A DNA stretch of 64,000 nucleotides from Nitrosopumilaceae archaeon (GTDB lineage: Archaea; Thermoproteota; Nitrososphaeria; Nitrososphaerales; Nitrosopumilaceae). Below, piece after piece: positions 39,925 through 50,619 of this stretch (the first letter of the stretch is position 1; each line of letters opens with the position of its first letter). The stretch spans positions 1,696,001 to 1,760,000 of the forward strand of contig OZ242365.1 of assembly GCA_965208905.1 (NCBI GenBank), in the 5' to 3' direction. The translations under genes were made by a program, and so were the position numbers. Below the pieces are notes generated by a model that did no database searches, was not told the DNA's origin, and was given only the letters and a program-made list of their open reading frames with translations.

Positions 39925-41571
39925 TCACCTGCATGTGGGTATGGCTCCCAGTTTGATGAGCTCTTGGGCCCGCGACTGGTTTTGGTGTATGGTGGCGCCG
40001 GTTAGGTCCGCGCCATTCAGGGTGGCGCCGGTCAGGTCAGCACCACACAAAACCGCATTGCGGAAGTCCGCACCCGTAAAGTTGATGTTGGCCAGTCCCG
40101 CCCCGCTCAGGTCCGCGCCACGCAGGTCCGCAAACGTCACGTCTGTGCCATTGAAGCGGACGGGGTATGATGTGATGGAAAGTTGTGGGGGCGTATCCGT
40201 TTGGGCGGAGCTTGTCAGGTCGATGTTTGTCAGGTTGGCGAGTAGCGGTATAATGTCTGAAAATGATAAAACGCCCGGATGGTTGCCTGAAAAGTCAACG
40301 CCTGAGAGATTTGCATTGCGCAGGTCTGCGCCCGACAGGTTTGTGTTGTGTATTAGTGCCCTCCAGAGGTTTGCATTGCTCAGGTTTGCATTGCTCAGAT
40401 CCGCACCGTCCAGATGTGACGTTAGACGGGCGCCCTCCAGATTCGCACCCCGCAGGTTTGCAGCAGACAGGTATGCATCGGTTAGGTTTGCAAACTTCAG
40501 GTTTGCGCCTTCCAGATTCGCATGCCACAGGCGTGCACTTGTCAGGCTCATGCCCTCCATGTTTGCGCCCCGCAGATCCGCACCCGCTAAAAATATCGAC
40601 AGTTCCACCTCCCGCAGATCCGTATCACGCAGATCCACCCCGCGCATGTTGGCGTGTGTCAGGTCCACCTCCCGCAGGTCTGTGTCCCGTAGATCTAAAT
40701 CCGAGAGAACTGCATGCGCCATGCTTGCCCCCCGCAGATCCGAAGAATCCAGAGTTGCCCCCCGCAGATCCGAAGAATCCAGAGTTGCCCCCCGCAGATC
40801 CGTTTTTGACACAAATGCTTCCCGCAGATCTGCTCCCTCTAAATTCACATCTTTCATGACCATCTCCCAAAATTGCACATCTGTCAGGTTAGCCCCCTTT
40901 AGGTTTGCCCCGGTCATGTATGCAACATCTGCATCCACTCTCACCAGATCCGCACCCTCCATATCCACACCTTCTAGGTTACTCTTGTATAGACGTGCTC
41001 CCGACAGGTCCGCCCCCCGCAGATCCGCATACTGCAAGTTTATATGTTTTAGATCCGCCCCCCGCAGACTCGCCCCCTGTAGGTTCACATATCGCAGATC
41101 AGTACTTCTGATGTCCATGTGACTCATGTCTGTACCGATGAGAATCGCACCCCGCAATTTTGTATCCGCCAGGTTGGCGCCCCGCAGATCCGCATCTGTC
41201 AGATCCGCGCCCTGTAGTGTGGCGCCTGTCAGGTTGGCGCCCCGCAGATCCGCATCTGTCAGATCCGCGCCCTGCAGTGTGGCGCCTGTCAGATCCGCGC
41301 CCTGTAGTGTGGCGCCTGTCAGGTTGGCGCCGCGCAGGTTGGCAAATGCCATGTTTGTGCCAGACATGTTTAAGTCCGTCCCGGTTGAGAGTATGGCATA
41401 CTGCAGGTCCGCTCCCCGCAGGTCCGCATAAGACAGGTCCGTCTCTGTCAGGTTGGCGCCGAATAGATCCGCACCCGCCAAATCCTCGGCAGCCATGGAG
41501 ACGGCAACAGTGCCCGTTGCAGCGGCGAACACGATTGCCAATAATACTGGAATATGTATATCATGCCTCAT
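39925..41571 (-). CDS. Secreted pentapeptide-repeat protein
   Basis: Signal peptide plus A(D/N)LxG repeats. Confidence 0.92.
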   Translation of the reverse strand: MRHDIHIPVLLAIVFAAATGTVAVSMAAEDLAGADLFGANLTETDLSYADLRGADLQYAILSTGTDLNMSGTNMAFANLRGANLTGATLQGADLTGATLQGADLTDADLRGANLTGATLQGADLTDADLRGANLADTKLRGAILIGTDMSHMDIRSTDLRYVNLQGASLRGADLKHINLQYADLRGADLSGARLYKSNLEGVDMEGADLVRVDADVAYMTGANLKGANLTDVQFWEMVMKDVNLEGADLREAFVSKTDLRGATLDSSDLRGATLDSSDLRGASMAHAVLSDLDLRDTDLREVDLTHANMRGVDLRDTDLREVELSIFLAGADLRGANMEGMSLTSARLWHANLEGANLKFANLTDAYLSAANLRGANLEGARLTSHLDGADLSNANLSNANLWRALIHNTNLSGADLRNANLSGVDFSGNHPGVLSFSDIIPLLANLTNIDLTSSAQTDTPPQLSITSYPVRFNGTDVTFADLRGADLSGAGLANINFTGADFRNAVLCGADLTGATLNGADLTGATIHQNQSRAQELIKLGAIPTCR

Positions 41572-44500
41572 TTATCTCACCGTGATTATCACCAGGTCTT
41601 GCGATATATACTGGCCATCAGATACAGTAAGGGATATTCCTAGAAGACTCACACCGCTCGGAACGGTAACTGTAACCGAAGAGCCCGTCGCGCCAGATAG
41701 TATTTGTGATGGGCCGATTTGGACCTCCCACGTATACGTTAATGTGTCATTGTCCGGGTCGGTGGATGCGGCCCCGCTTAGTGTTATTGTATCGCCCACA
41801 CCGGCGGCATGGTCTGGACCGGCGTTGGCGGTGGGGGCGCGGTTGGGGGGCTTTACCGTTATGGTGACCGTATCGGTGCTGCTGAACTCGCCGTCGGATA
41901 TTGTAAGCTCAAACGTAATGGCGGCCACGCTGTCGGGAGCCGTAAACGTGGGGGATTGTACGGTGGTATCGGACAGCTTTGTACCGGTTCCGGATGTCTC
42001 GTTCCACAGGTATGTCACGTCATCATTGTCCGGATCATATGACGCCGAGCCGTCCAAGGTTACCGTATCGCCGAACCGTACGGTCTGGTCTGCACCCGCA
42101 CTGGCCACGGGGGGCCGGTTCACCACGGTTATCGTGACCGTATCGGTGTCTGTATCATATCCGTCCGATACGGTCAGCTCGAAAGTCAGCATGCCGGCGC
42201 TGCTCGGCGCCGTGAATGTAGGCGATGATGCGGCATCATCCGAGAGGGCTACGGTCGGACCAGATGTCTGGTTCCACATGTATGATATTGTATCGCCGTC
42301 CGGGTCGGTAGATGCGAAACCGTCCAGCGTTACCGTATCGCCTAACCGCACTGTCTGGTCTGCACCCGCATCGGATGTGGGTGGATGGTTCACCACGGTT
42401 ATGGCAACCGCATCCGTATGGGACAGCCATCCGTCCGATGCGGTAATCTCAAATGTCATGGTGGCCATACTTGCGGGCGCCGCAAATGAGGGCGACAGCG
42501 CCGCATTGTCTGATAGAATGACTGCCGGCCCCGATGTCTGGTTCCATACATATGATATGGCATCACCGTCGGGATCCGATGCGGAGCCGTCCAGCGTTAT
42601 AATATGGCCGAACCCTGCTGTCCGGTCTGCCCCCGCGTCAACTACCGGTGGGTGGTTGGCCACATGTATGGAGACCGTATCGGCATCGGAGTATATGCCG
42701 TCCGACACGGTCAGCTCGAATGTTATGGATGTGGTGGCGTTTGGCGTGGTGAAAGCGGGCTTTGGTATCATATGGTCGGACAGCGAGACTGCAATGCCGG
42801 CCGTCTGGTTCCATACATATGATATGGCATCGCCGTCGGGATCCGATGCGGAGCCGTTCAGTTGTATGGTCTTGCCGTATCCGGCAGTCCGGTCTATGCC
42901 GGCATCAGACATAGGCGGGCGGTTGGGCGGCCTGAGCACGTCTATAACAACCAAGTCCTGCGAGGAGTCCCAGCCGTCATGTACGGTAAGCAGGATGCCC
43001 AGCAGTGTAGGGCCGGTGGGGGCGACAAAACTGACTTGCGCGCCATCCGGGTTGGTCAAACTCACCCTCGGCCCTGTCACCACATTCCACGAATATGACA
43101 ATATGTCGCCGTCCGCATCGGTGGATGCTGCCCCGCTCAATGTCATGTTCTCGCCCGACTGGGCGGTCCAGTCAGGTCCTGCATTGGCCACGGGGTGCCG
43201 GTTCACCACATTTATGGCGACTGCATCGACATCGGAATATTCGCCGTCTGATACGGTCAGCTCAAACGTAATGGCGGCCGCGCTATCCGGGGATGTGAAC
43301 GTCGGCGATGGCGCCGTACCATTGGATAGTGTTACGGGAGGACCCGCCGTCTGCCTCCACAAGTATGACAATACGTCGTTGTCAGGATCATGTGAGGCCG
43401 AGCCGTTCAGCGATACGGTTTGCAGGCGATGCACGGTCTGGTCCATACCCGCATTGGCGGTCGGAAACCCCGCCACCGTGACTGTAACCGTATCCGTACC
43501 GGCATCATACCCGTCTGATACGGTCAGCTCAAACGTAAACGTACCGACATTGTCCGGTGCCGTGAATGTCGAAGATGGCGACATGTTATCCGACAGAATT
43601 ACGGCCGGACCCGCCGTCTGCCTCCATGTGTGCGATATTGTTCCGTTATCGGGATCCGTAGATGCCGAACCATTCAGCCTTACCACATCACCAAACCGTA
43701 CTGTCTGGTCCACTCCGGCATCGGCAAGCGGATGCATGTTGGGCGCCACCGTGACCGTCCTATTCTGCCGTACGGCCTGATTGCCCGCATCATCTGTCAC
43801 ATCATAGTGTATGTGATATGTGCCTGCCTTGGTAGTGTTCAGCGTGCTGGTTACTATTACCTTGGATGTGATGTCGCCATCCACATTGTCGGTGGCGTTG
43901 TAACCTGATTCAACATATGCAGAATTGAACGGCATGGTTATGTCCACATCGCCCCACAACGTAATTGTCGGTGCGGTGATGTCCGGAACGGTCACACTCC
44001 CCAACGGGATGTATTTATGGCTTCCATCATTTAGGGTAACGCCCAGTGCATACGAGTACGTGCCGCCTTCCTCCACACCATGATCCTCGACTGCTATATC
44101 TTTGGTAGATGCACCCATATTTGCGTCGGTTGTTAATCGTGAGTGTGCCTCAGTACCTGCGGTATTGATAGTTACCACCACATCCGGATGGGTGCTGGTC
44201 GTAGTTTCCGATATGACCGCAACAACATCCCACGCAGCGTTGTTTTTGTGCTGTTGCGGTTTGGCAGAGTCGCCATGCGACGAGCTGGCATAGTCGGTTC
44301 CTCGGATAAGATTTATGATGTTGCAAAACACGCGGTTTCGTTCATCGTCGCCGTTGACGCATTTGAGAACCTCCACAGATGAGACATATAATATGAGATC
44401 CAGCCCTTCCGCACCAGGTCCGAGTTTTTTAATGCTAGCTTTAAATGTCGATTTTGGTTTTTTTGTATTTTGTTGTTCATCACTTTCAAATTTTATTTCA

Positions 44501-46626
44501 GGGAACTCGGCGGAGAAACCGTTAAACACGTTATATCCAACCTCGGTATTGGTTGACGCATCGTGTTCATCTTTGGCCGTCAATTCAAATATACCGCGCC
44601 CTGGGTCCAGTGCCATCAGACACACCGAACCGACAAGCGGACTGGGTCCACTGATGATGGTGTTACTGTTCTCATACTGCACATCGATGGAATCGCAGTC
44701 GACCAGATAAATTCTCTTTGGTTTTTCTGCAACTAAAATATCAAGAATGTCGTTGTTTACGTCAGTGCCGTTTAAACCAAATCTGGCCTCGCCAGCCAGG
44801 ATGCCGGTATACGTGTGGATTGGCGTGCTGTCCGTATGGTTGGTTACAAACTGGTGCAATTCAAAAAATTTCAGTATTTCATTGTTCAGTTTTTCGGTGA
44901 GATTCCGCAGGGAATATGTCCAGATCATTTCAGGCTGTTCCACATCAAGGTGGGGGGCTGCATTTACTTCAATGTCGATCATGGCAGTATCTGTTGCATT
45001 ATGTATGTCTGTAACGGTCAGTATGAACCGTACTACATCCAAGCCATGATCATCTTTGACCGTAAATGACGATACTGCCATATCAGAACCTGACAGGGTT
45101 ACGGTGGATGTGGGGTATTGTTCCCATGAATACGTCAGGGGATCGTTGTCAGGATCAGTGGATGTACTGCCGTTTAGGTACACCTTACCCGGGTTGACCG
45201 GTTGGGTGACTGAACCTATGTTGGCCATCGGGGGTCCGTTGACTCTAATTTTGACTGTGTCTGTGGCCGACTTGCCACCGGTATCATTGACAGTCAGCTT
45301 AAACAACAATGTGGATGGACCCTCCGGGGCTGTAAACGTCCGGGATTTGCCAGAACCGCTCAGCTGGACCGTATGGCCAGATGTTTGTTTCCATCCGTAT
45401 GACAGCGCATCCCCATCCTTATCGGAGCCCGTGCCACTCAACGTGACTGTGTCGCCGGCCTGTACAATCTGATCCAGGCCAGCGTTTGCCGTCGGAGTGT
45501 GATTAGTTGAGAGTTGAGGTTGTGTGACTGTTGCCGTACCCTTGAAGGACCAAGTAGTACTTACTAAGCAATATGGAAGTTCTGATGCATCGCTGGGCGT
45601 TCCATAACAGGGATGATCATTTAGATTCGACCATGCCGACCATGTTCCTTTTATGGGACTATTCCATGCCACAGGCCCAGCTATAGTTTTAGATTCTTTC
45701 TCACCTGCACCTACTTCGATATGCAACTTACCCGTGGTGCCACGTGGTTCGCCGCTTACACTCAATTTAGAGTATATTCCGCGGCCAGATACAGTTTCAT
45801 CAATTTCTTTGGTACCCGTACTAAAACCAATTGTGTCACTGCAGATAGCGCCTTGGCTGTAGCCTCGAAACGATGATAAACATACGAGTGCTCGCCAATA
45901 CCATGTTGAAGAGAGTGAACTGCCTGCCGAGGCGGCATCCTGACCATCGATTACGGCATCAGTAACAGGTTGGACATACACGCAGTTGGCACCACCACTC
46001 CCGCCGTTCAGTCTACAATACGTGGCCAGTTCTATGTCCACCCAGTATTCAATATCGGACTCCAACAGTTTGTTTGGTATACCTGCAATTGAGGCGGCCC
46101 TGTGCGTTATGGATACGATCTCGTCGGTCAACGGAGCCATGTCGCCCAGCTTTTGGTGTAGTGTTGCGTTTATGCCGCTGGCCGTATTTGGCATGTCAAA
46201 TGTATCGATTATATAATCATGGTACTTTTTCAGATATTGTGCCGTATTGTTGTCGTATGTGCCAAGGGCACGTTCCCTTGCAATGGCTAGTGCGGTCACG
46301 TGGTGTATGTCAATGCGGCCCTCCAGCAGAATTGCCGTATTAAACAGCTCCCGGTTCACCTCGTTCTGAAAGCGTTCAGACGGAATGGATTCGTCCTTGG
46401 CAAGCGTCCATGCCTCAAGGCGCTCATACACTGCAGTCATGTTTCTGGCATCCCAGTATGTGCCGGACGGTTTAATCAGGTATGTGTCAGGTATGGAGCC
46501 AGCGGCAATCACGCTTGTTCGCATATTGTCAAGTTCCGTACTGTTCGTGGCATATGCAGTATCATATACGCCCCACATTACACCGGCGACGGCTACAAAA
46601 ACTATCGCAGTAGGCGTGTTATCCAT
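41572..46626 (-). CDS. 1684-aa secreted protein with multiple PKD/Ig-like repeats
   Basis: Signal peptide; about 9 ANAGxDQ..LxGS.S.DPD..Y.W.Q..FELTVSDG repeats; DUF5011-like ATDNVDGD. Confidence 0.9.
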   Translation of the reverse strand: MDNTPTAIVFVAVAGVMWGVYDTAYATNSTELDNMRTSVIAAGSIPDTYLIKPSGTYWDARNMTAVYERLEAWTLAKDESIPSERFQNEVNRELFNTAILLEGRIDIHHVTALAIARERALGTYDNNTAQYLKKYHDYIIDTFDMPNTASGINATLHQKLGDMAPLTDEIVSITHRAASIAGIPNKLLESDIEYWVDIELATYCRLNGGSGGANCVYVQPVTDAVIDGQDAASAGSSLSSTWYWRALVCLSSFRGYSQGAICSDTIGFSTGTKEIDETVSGRGIYSKLSVSGEPRGTTGKLHIEVGAGEKESKTIAGPVAWNSPIKGTWSAWSNLNDHPCYGTPSDASELPYCLVSTTWSFKGTATVTQPQLSTNHTPTANAGLDQIVQAGDTVTLSGTGSDKDGDALSYGWKQTSGHTVQLSGSGKSRTFTAPEGPSTLLFKLTVNDTGGKSATDTVKIRVNGPPMANIGSVTQPVNPGKVYLNGSTSTDPDNDPLTYSWEQYPTSTVTLSGSDMAVSSFTVKDDHGLDVVRFILTVTDIHNATDTAMIDIEVNAAPHLDVEQPEMIWTYSLRNLTEKLNNEILKFFELHQFVTNHTDSTPIHTYTGILAGEARFGLNGTDVNNDILDILVAEKPKRIYLVDCDSIDVQYENSNTIISGPSPLVGSVCLMALDPGRGIFELTAKDEHDASTNTEVGYNVFNGFSAEFPEIKFESDEQQNTKKPKSTFKASIKKLGPGAEGLDLILYVSSVEVLKCVNGDDERNRVFCNIINLIRGTDYASSSHGDSAKPQQHKNNAAWDVVAVISETTTSTHPDVVVTINTAGTEAHSRLTTDANMGASTKDIAVEDHGVEEGGTYSYALGVTLNDGSHKYIPLGSVTVPDITAPTITLWGDVDITMPFNSAYVESGYNATDNVDGDITSKVIVTSTLNTTKAGTYHIHYDVTDDAGNQAVRQNRTVTVAPNMHPLADAGVDQTVRFGDVVRLNGSASTDPDNGTISHTWRQTAGPAVILSDNMSPSSTFTAPDNVGTFTFELTVSDGYDAGTDTVTVTVAGFPTANAGMDQTVHRLQTVSLNGSASHDPDNDVLSYLWRQTAGPPVTLSNGTAPSPTFTSPDSAAAITFELTVSDGEYSDVDAVAINVVNRHPVANAGPDWTAQSGENMTLSGAASTDADGDILSYSWNVVTGPRVSLTNPDGAQVSFVAPTGPTLLGILLTVHDGWDSSQDLVVIDVLRPPNRPPMSDAGIDRTAGYGKTIQLNGSASDPDGDAISYVWNQTAGIAVSLSDHMIPKPAFTTPNATTSITFELTVSDGIYSDADTVSIHVANHPPVVDAGADRTAGFGHIITLDGSASDPDGDAISYVWNQTSGPAVILSDNAALSPSFAAPASMATMTFEITASDGWLSHTDAVAITVVNHPPTSDAGADQTVRLGDTVTLDGFASTDPDGDTISYMWNQTSGPTVALSDDAASSPTFTAPSSAGMLTFELTVSDGYDTDTDTVTITVVNRPPVASAGADQTVRFGDTVTLDGSASYDPDNDDVTYLWNETSGTGTKLSDTTVQSPTFTAPDSVAAITFELTISDGEFSSTDTVTITVKPPNRAPTANAGPDHAAGVGDTITLSGAASTDPDNDTLTYTWEVQIGPSQILSGATGSSVTVTVPSGVSLLGISLTVSDGQYISQDLVIITVR

Positions 46627-46666
46627 ACGCCATCCAAGAGCTCATTATTTATAAAGATAGTAATTG

Positions 46667-46813
46667 GTTGGAACTGTTCAGTTATAGCGCCTGTGCGAAA
46701 CTTGGCGTACTGTTTCCACTTCAACCTTTATTTCCACTGTACAGTATGTACCGCCGTTTCCACCCTGTCACAAACTTTCCACTCTTTGCCAGGCTACCAT
46801 TTCTTCCCAGTCC
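46667..46813. repeat. Copy of the TTTCCACT/MITE repeat family
   Basis: Four TTTCCAC boxes; right end atttcttcccagtcc matches the TIR of 2519-2704. Confidence 0.7.
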
Positions 46814-46857
46814 AAACCCACAACCTCCCTTAAATGCCACCAATACGGTACTATACA

Positions 46858-47208
46858 ATGCCAAAACCAGGATACAAATCAATAACAATCCCCGAGGAGA
46901 TATACGACAGGTTCAAGTCGTACAAAGACAACGACAGCGACTATAGTCTCTCCAAGTATGTATCACACATGCTTGAAGAACGCATTATACAAGACGAAGT
47001 GTTTGCAAAGAATGCACCAATGTTAAAGAAGATAGGTATAGATGATGACCGCATCGTACTACGTGATAAAAAGAACAATCGTATAGTAGAGGTAGTCGTA
47101 AAAAACAACACACTGTACTGTGAGAGCTGCGAGAGTACGGAATGTCTGTGCTGCGGCTTCTGCTATGCATTACCTGAAACGTATAGTATGTTAAAACCCA
47201 CCCCCTAA
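46858..47208 (+). CDS. RHH/antitoxin-like N-terminus plus Cys-rich Zn finger
   Basis: YKSITIPEEIYDRF; YCESCESTECLCCGFC. Confidence 0.7.
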   Translation: MPKPGYKSITIPEEIYDRFKSYKDNDSDYSLSKYVSHMLEERIIQDEVFAKNAPMLKKIGIDDDRIVLRDKKNNRIVEVVVKNNTLYCESCESTECLCCGFCYALPETYSMLKPTP

Positions 47209-47221
47209 ACTTTTTTGTAAA

Positions 47222-48031
47222 TCAGGATGCATTCAGGTTGTGTATTGCATCCTGTATTATATCAGTGCGGTTCGGCACATCCCATGATGAAATCCAGGAA
47301 TGCTCCTCTATCTTGATGGCCGTTCCAAACTCCACATCTACACCTGAATTGATTGCATGTTTCAGCTGTGAAAGCGGTTCCAAATCGGCCGTACATATGA
47401 TGTCGGCAATGCGGGTTGCTTCTGGGTATAGGCGGTCATTAGACACGACATCATGTACTATACTGAACTTGTTTAGTGCGGCATCAGCGTTGATGAACTC
47501 GCCTGTTATCAGCAGGTATTTGGCGTCCTGCGAGCCTATCATGTGTACTAATCTTTGTGTTGCTCCCCAGCCCGGCACAAGCTGTATGTGGCGTATGTCT
47601 GGAAAGGCTAGACGGGCGTTCTCTGCGGCTATGCGTATATCACAAGCTAGAGCAACAGCGAGTCCATACGACAGGCAGTTGCCCTGTATTGCACATATGA
47701 CGGGCTGCCTTGTATTCTCTATGAGATTGCACAGTGTCGTACCGGCTCTATACCAACGTACAGCATCAGTTTTGGACATCATACGCATCTCATCAAGACT
47801 GGGTCCTGCTGAAAAATGAACTCCCTCGGCACTCAGTATGATACACCGTGTGTCATCATCAGACGATACGTCCTCAAACGCACCTGTCAATTGAGAGATT
47901 ACATCTTTGTTTAGTACGTTGCTGTGAGCAGCATTGTTTATTCTTATTGTGCTATATGGTTTGGATTTTGATGTTGTTACTACACCTGTAGGTATAGTAT
48001 CTGATGTGTCCTGTTTGTTGAATAGGTTCAT
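47222..48031 (-). CDS. Enoyl-CoA hydratase/crotonase-fold protein (divergent)
   Basis: FSAG, PVICAIQG, ALACDIRIA, PGWGATQRL. Confidence 0.85.
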   Translation of the reverse strand: MNLFNKQDTSDTIPTGVVTTSKSKPYSTIRINNAAHSNVLNKDVISQLTGAFEDVSSDDDTRCIILSAEGVHFSAGPSLDEMRMMSKTDAVRWYRAGTTLCNLIENTRQPVICAIQGNCLSYGLAVALACDIRIAAENARLAFPDIRHIQLVPGWGATQRLVHMIGSQDAKYLLITGEFINADAALNKFSIVHDVVSNDRLYPEATRIADIICTADLEPLSQLKHAINSGVDVEFGTAIKIEEHSWISSWDVPNRTDIIQDAIHNLNAS

Positions 48032-48151
48032 GGTATTGTATTGTGTGGGGGGCGATTAAAGGTTGTAATTAACGGTAGAAGGAGCTAATACCTTATGGTT
48101 ATAACGGTTTTAGGTATGAAATGTTGTTTTATAACGGTTTTAGGTATGAAA

Positions 48152-49144
48152 TTACCAGAGGTTGCCTGTTGCGTTTCGCGCTGCCGGTATAGCTGCAACG
48201 GGCGGGGGCGGTATCGTAGTATTCCGCAATAATGCCGAATAGATTTGTTTGATTCGCATATATGGCGTGTGTGTGGGGTTCTCGTGTATCTCGTCTGCCA
48301 GTTTCATCACTATTGGTATCATAGTGCGGCATTTGTGCAGCATCCCATATGGGTGGCCGCCAAGTACTGTTGGGCTTAGCGTCTGGTTCCACTTTGGCGG
48401 GGGAGGTGGTGGTGCGCGGATTGCGTTGTCGGCTTGTACGTATTGTGCCATGGGTTTTGATACATGGTACTGGTCAGGATGGTCGGCCAGCCAGTGCTCG
48501 GGGCCGTTCCAGTCGTGCCTGTCCAGCATGCCCTCGCCGGCCAGATGCCCCTTGCCTTGTATTATGTTTAGTATGCGGCGCTGCGCAGACTTCCAACTGT
48601 ACACGAGGTTTGTCGCATATACAAGCGCGTGGCGCTGTAGCATACGTACATAATATACAGGGGAAGGGCCGTTTGCATAGCCGTCGTACCGCAGAGCGGC
48701 CAGTATTATATTGGTATCCCTGGCGACCTTCTTGAACTCGTCAGTCTCCCGTTCGACGTGTACAGTGGTGTTGTCGTACCAGCGTATGTTATAGCGGGTG
48801 TTCCGCATTATGTTTGGCAGCTCCTGTATCGTATGGTATGCCGGCAGCGGATCGTCCGTATGCTGCATGTTGGTTACGACGCCTTCCTTCCAGAATTTTA
48901 TGGCCTCTGTCCACCAGATGTTTTTGGATGACCATTTTAATTGTCGTCCGTCCTGTATACGGATTGTGTCTTTTGACTGCACTGTTATGTCCTTTATGTT
49001 GGCAGACCACTCGGGGCCGTTGGCTGTCTGTATTACTATTCTGTGCGGGGTGATGTAGAGTGTGCCGTTCAGTTTTGTCTTTCCCGCCGAGCCGCGTCCC
49101 TCTACTGTCATGTGGAGCCATTCGTAGGGCTTGATGCGTATCAT
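48152..49144 (-). CDS. Hypothetical protein with N-terminal PH/GRAM-like region and Pro-rich stretches
   Basis: GTLYITPHRIVI; PPPPPP. Confidence 0.55.
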   Translation of the reverse strand: MIRIKPYEWLHMTVEGRGSAGKTKLNGTLYITPHRIVIQTANGPEWSANIKDITVQSKDTIRIQDGRQLKWSSKNIWWTEAIKFWKEGVVTNMQHTDDPLPAYHTIQELPNIMRNTRYNIRWYDNTTVHVERETDEFKKVARDTNIILAALRYDGYANGPSPVYYVRMLQRHALVYATNLVYSWKSAQRRILNIIQGKGHLAGEGMLDRHDWNGPEHWLADHPDQYHVSKPMAQYVQADNAIRAPPPPPPKWNQTLSPTVLGGHPYGMLHKCRTMIPIVMKLADEIHENPTHTPYMRIKQIYSALLRNTTIPPPPVAAIPAARNATGNLW

Positions 49145-49370
49145 GTGTGATGTATAGTAGCGGCGGTATAAAAGGAATGATTCAAAACGGAACTGGGAAG
49201 AAACGGTAATCTGGAGTAGAAACGTAGGTCGAGGTGGCGACAGGCGCCGCTATGGGACAGATACTGTACAGTGGAGCGCCACCGGCTGAGCATAACCACG
49301 TATTTGTATTGAAAAGGCATGCCGTAGTCGCATCACAGATATCATATAATACAATTGTGTCATATGCGTA

Positions 49371-50555
49371 ATGACTAAAAAGAACAAAAAACTTACCATC
49401 ATGGCGCTGGCATTGGTTATACCTATAGCGATATTACTGACCGCCAACCCTACACAAAATGGAGGCAGTTATGTACTATTCCAAAGTAGCTCTGAGGCCT
49501 CCGAAAACCCCGGCGACACCTTTGTGGCGCCGCCCGTAGTAGGGACCAACGCGCATGATGAATGGATAGAATGGTACAGGAACGCCGAATTTGACGGATT
49601 GGATTCATATACGCGCGACGCTGCATTGGTACTACACGATTTTGAGGTCATGTTCAGTCCGGACATGGAACATGATGCGTCATGGGAGGTGGTAGCGTTG
49701 CTGGCTCAAAAGGAGAGACTGGGTGACGGATACGCCCCTACAACCAACGAGGGCCTCATGCACGACTGGGTAATTGAACAGTATCAACCACCTCACACCA
49801 TACCTGAGATAGACGCGGCAGTATTGGCCATAGTTCTCACCGAAGATAATTTCCACTATGCAGAGAACGTTTACCAGACGATGACCGACGTCGCCAATAT
49901 TGGGTACGTGCCCAACGATCTTCGGGAACAGGACTGGGAATATTGGCATTGGGAGATGCATATAGCAGTGTGCGATCTCTTTTGGGAGGACTGCGATCCG
50001 GTACAACTACGCGAGGATTTAGCAAACAACCGTGAGCTGACTGCCGAAGAGATAGCAGCGATAGAAGAATATCAGAACAACAACATCCGGCATGGAGCCG
50101 TGGTCACGGTAGAGTACGACCAGTCTTCACTCCCCACGGCCTATGCGGCAGGAGTGAGAGTAGTTCCAAAGCAGAACGCAGCATACTTGAACCTATGGGC
50201 GGATACATGTACCCACCAAGACACGATTGGTTGCCAGTTTGACGACCGCGACAACGGCGTGGGATGGAACCGAGTGTCCGAATCATCCACCAACCATCAG
50301 GACAACCGAGGCGACTCCCCGCACACCAGTGACGATATACACTTTATGGCTTCGGTATCTGCATCCAACACATCCGACGTTCTCAGCCAGTACGTATACG
50401 TGACGGGTCAGTTTACACTGCCGAACGACACTACGTCCCTATCCAAGTATGGTATAACTGGTGCGGCAATTCAGGATGAATGGGACCCGTCGGGCAGCGA
50501 TCACACGTACGGCGCCGCAGCAAAAACCAACGCTGATAACACCTATGAGGACTGA
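49371..50555 (+). CDS. Secreted acidic protein sharing a domain with the N-terminus of the PKD giant protein
   Basis: Signal peptide; motif similarity described in findings. Confidence 0.75.
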   Translation: MTKKNKKLTIMALALVIPIAILLTANPTQNGGSYVLFQSSSEASENPGDTFVAPPVVGTNAHDEWIEWYRNAEFDGLDSYTRDAALVLHDFEVMFSPDMEHDASWEVVALLAQKERLGDGYAPTTNEGLMHDWVIEQYQPPHTIPEIDAAVLAIVLTEDNFHYAENVYQTMTDVANIGYVPNDLREQDWEYWHWEMHIAVCDLFWEDCDPVQLREDLANNRELTAEEIAAIEEYQNNNIRHGAVVTVEYDQSSLPTAYAAGVRVVPKQNAAYLNLWADTCTHQDTIGCQFDDRDNGVGWNRVSESSTNHQDNRGDSPHTSDDIHFMASVSASNTSDVLSQYVYVTGQFTLPNDTTSLSKYGITGAAIQDEWDPSGSDHTYGAAAKTNADNTYED

Positions 50556-50619
50556 CATATCATTCGTTTTTTATCCTTGGTGGCCTCGGGCCGCATATAG
50601 TGGGCAAGTGATCAACTCC

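Noticed and set aside
39935-43780. Long plus-strand ORFs (395 aa, 775 aa)
   Set aside because: Antisense shadows of the pentapeptide and PKD repeat genes.
48099-48152. 24-bp direct repeat TTATAACGGTTTTAGGTATGAAAT x2
   Set aside because: Only two copies; probably a local duplication.
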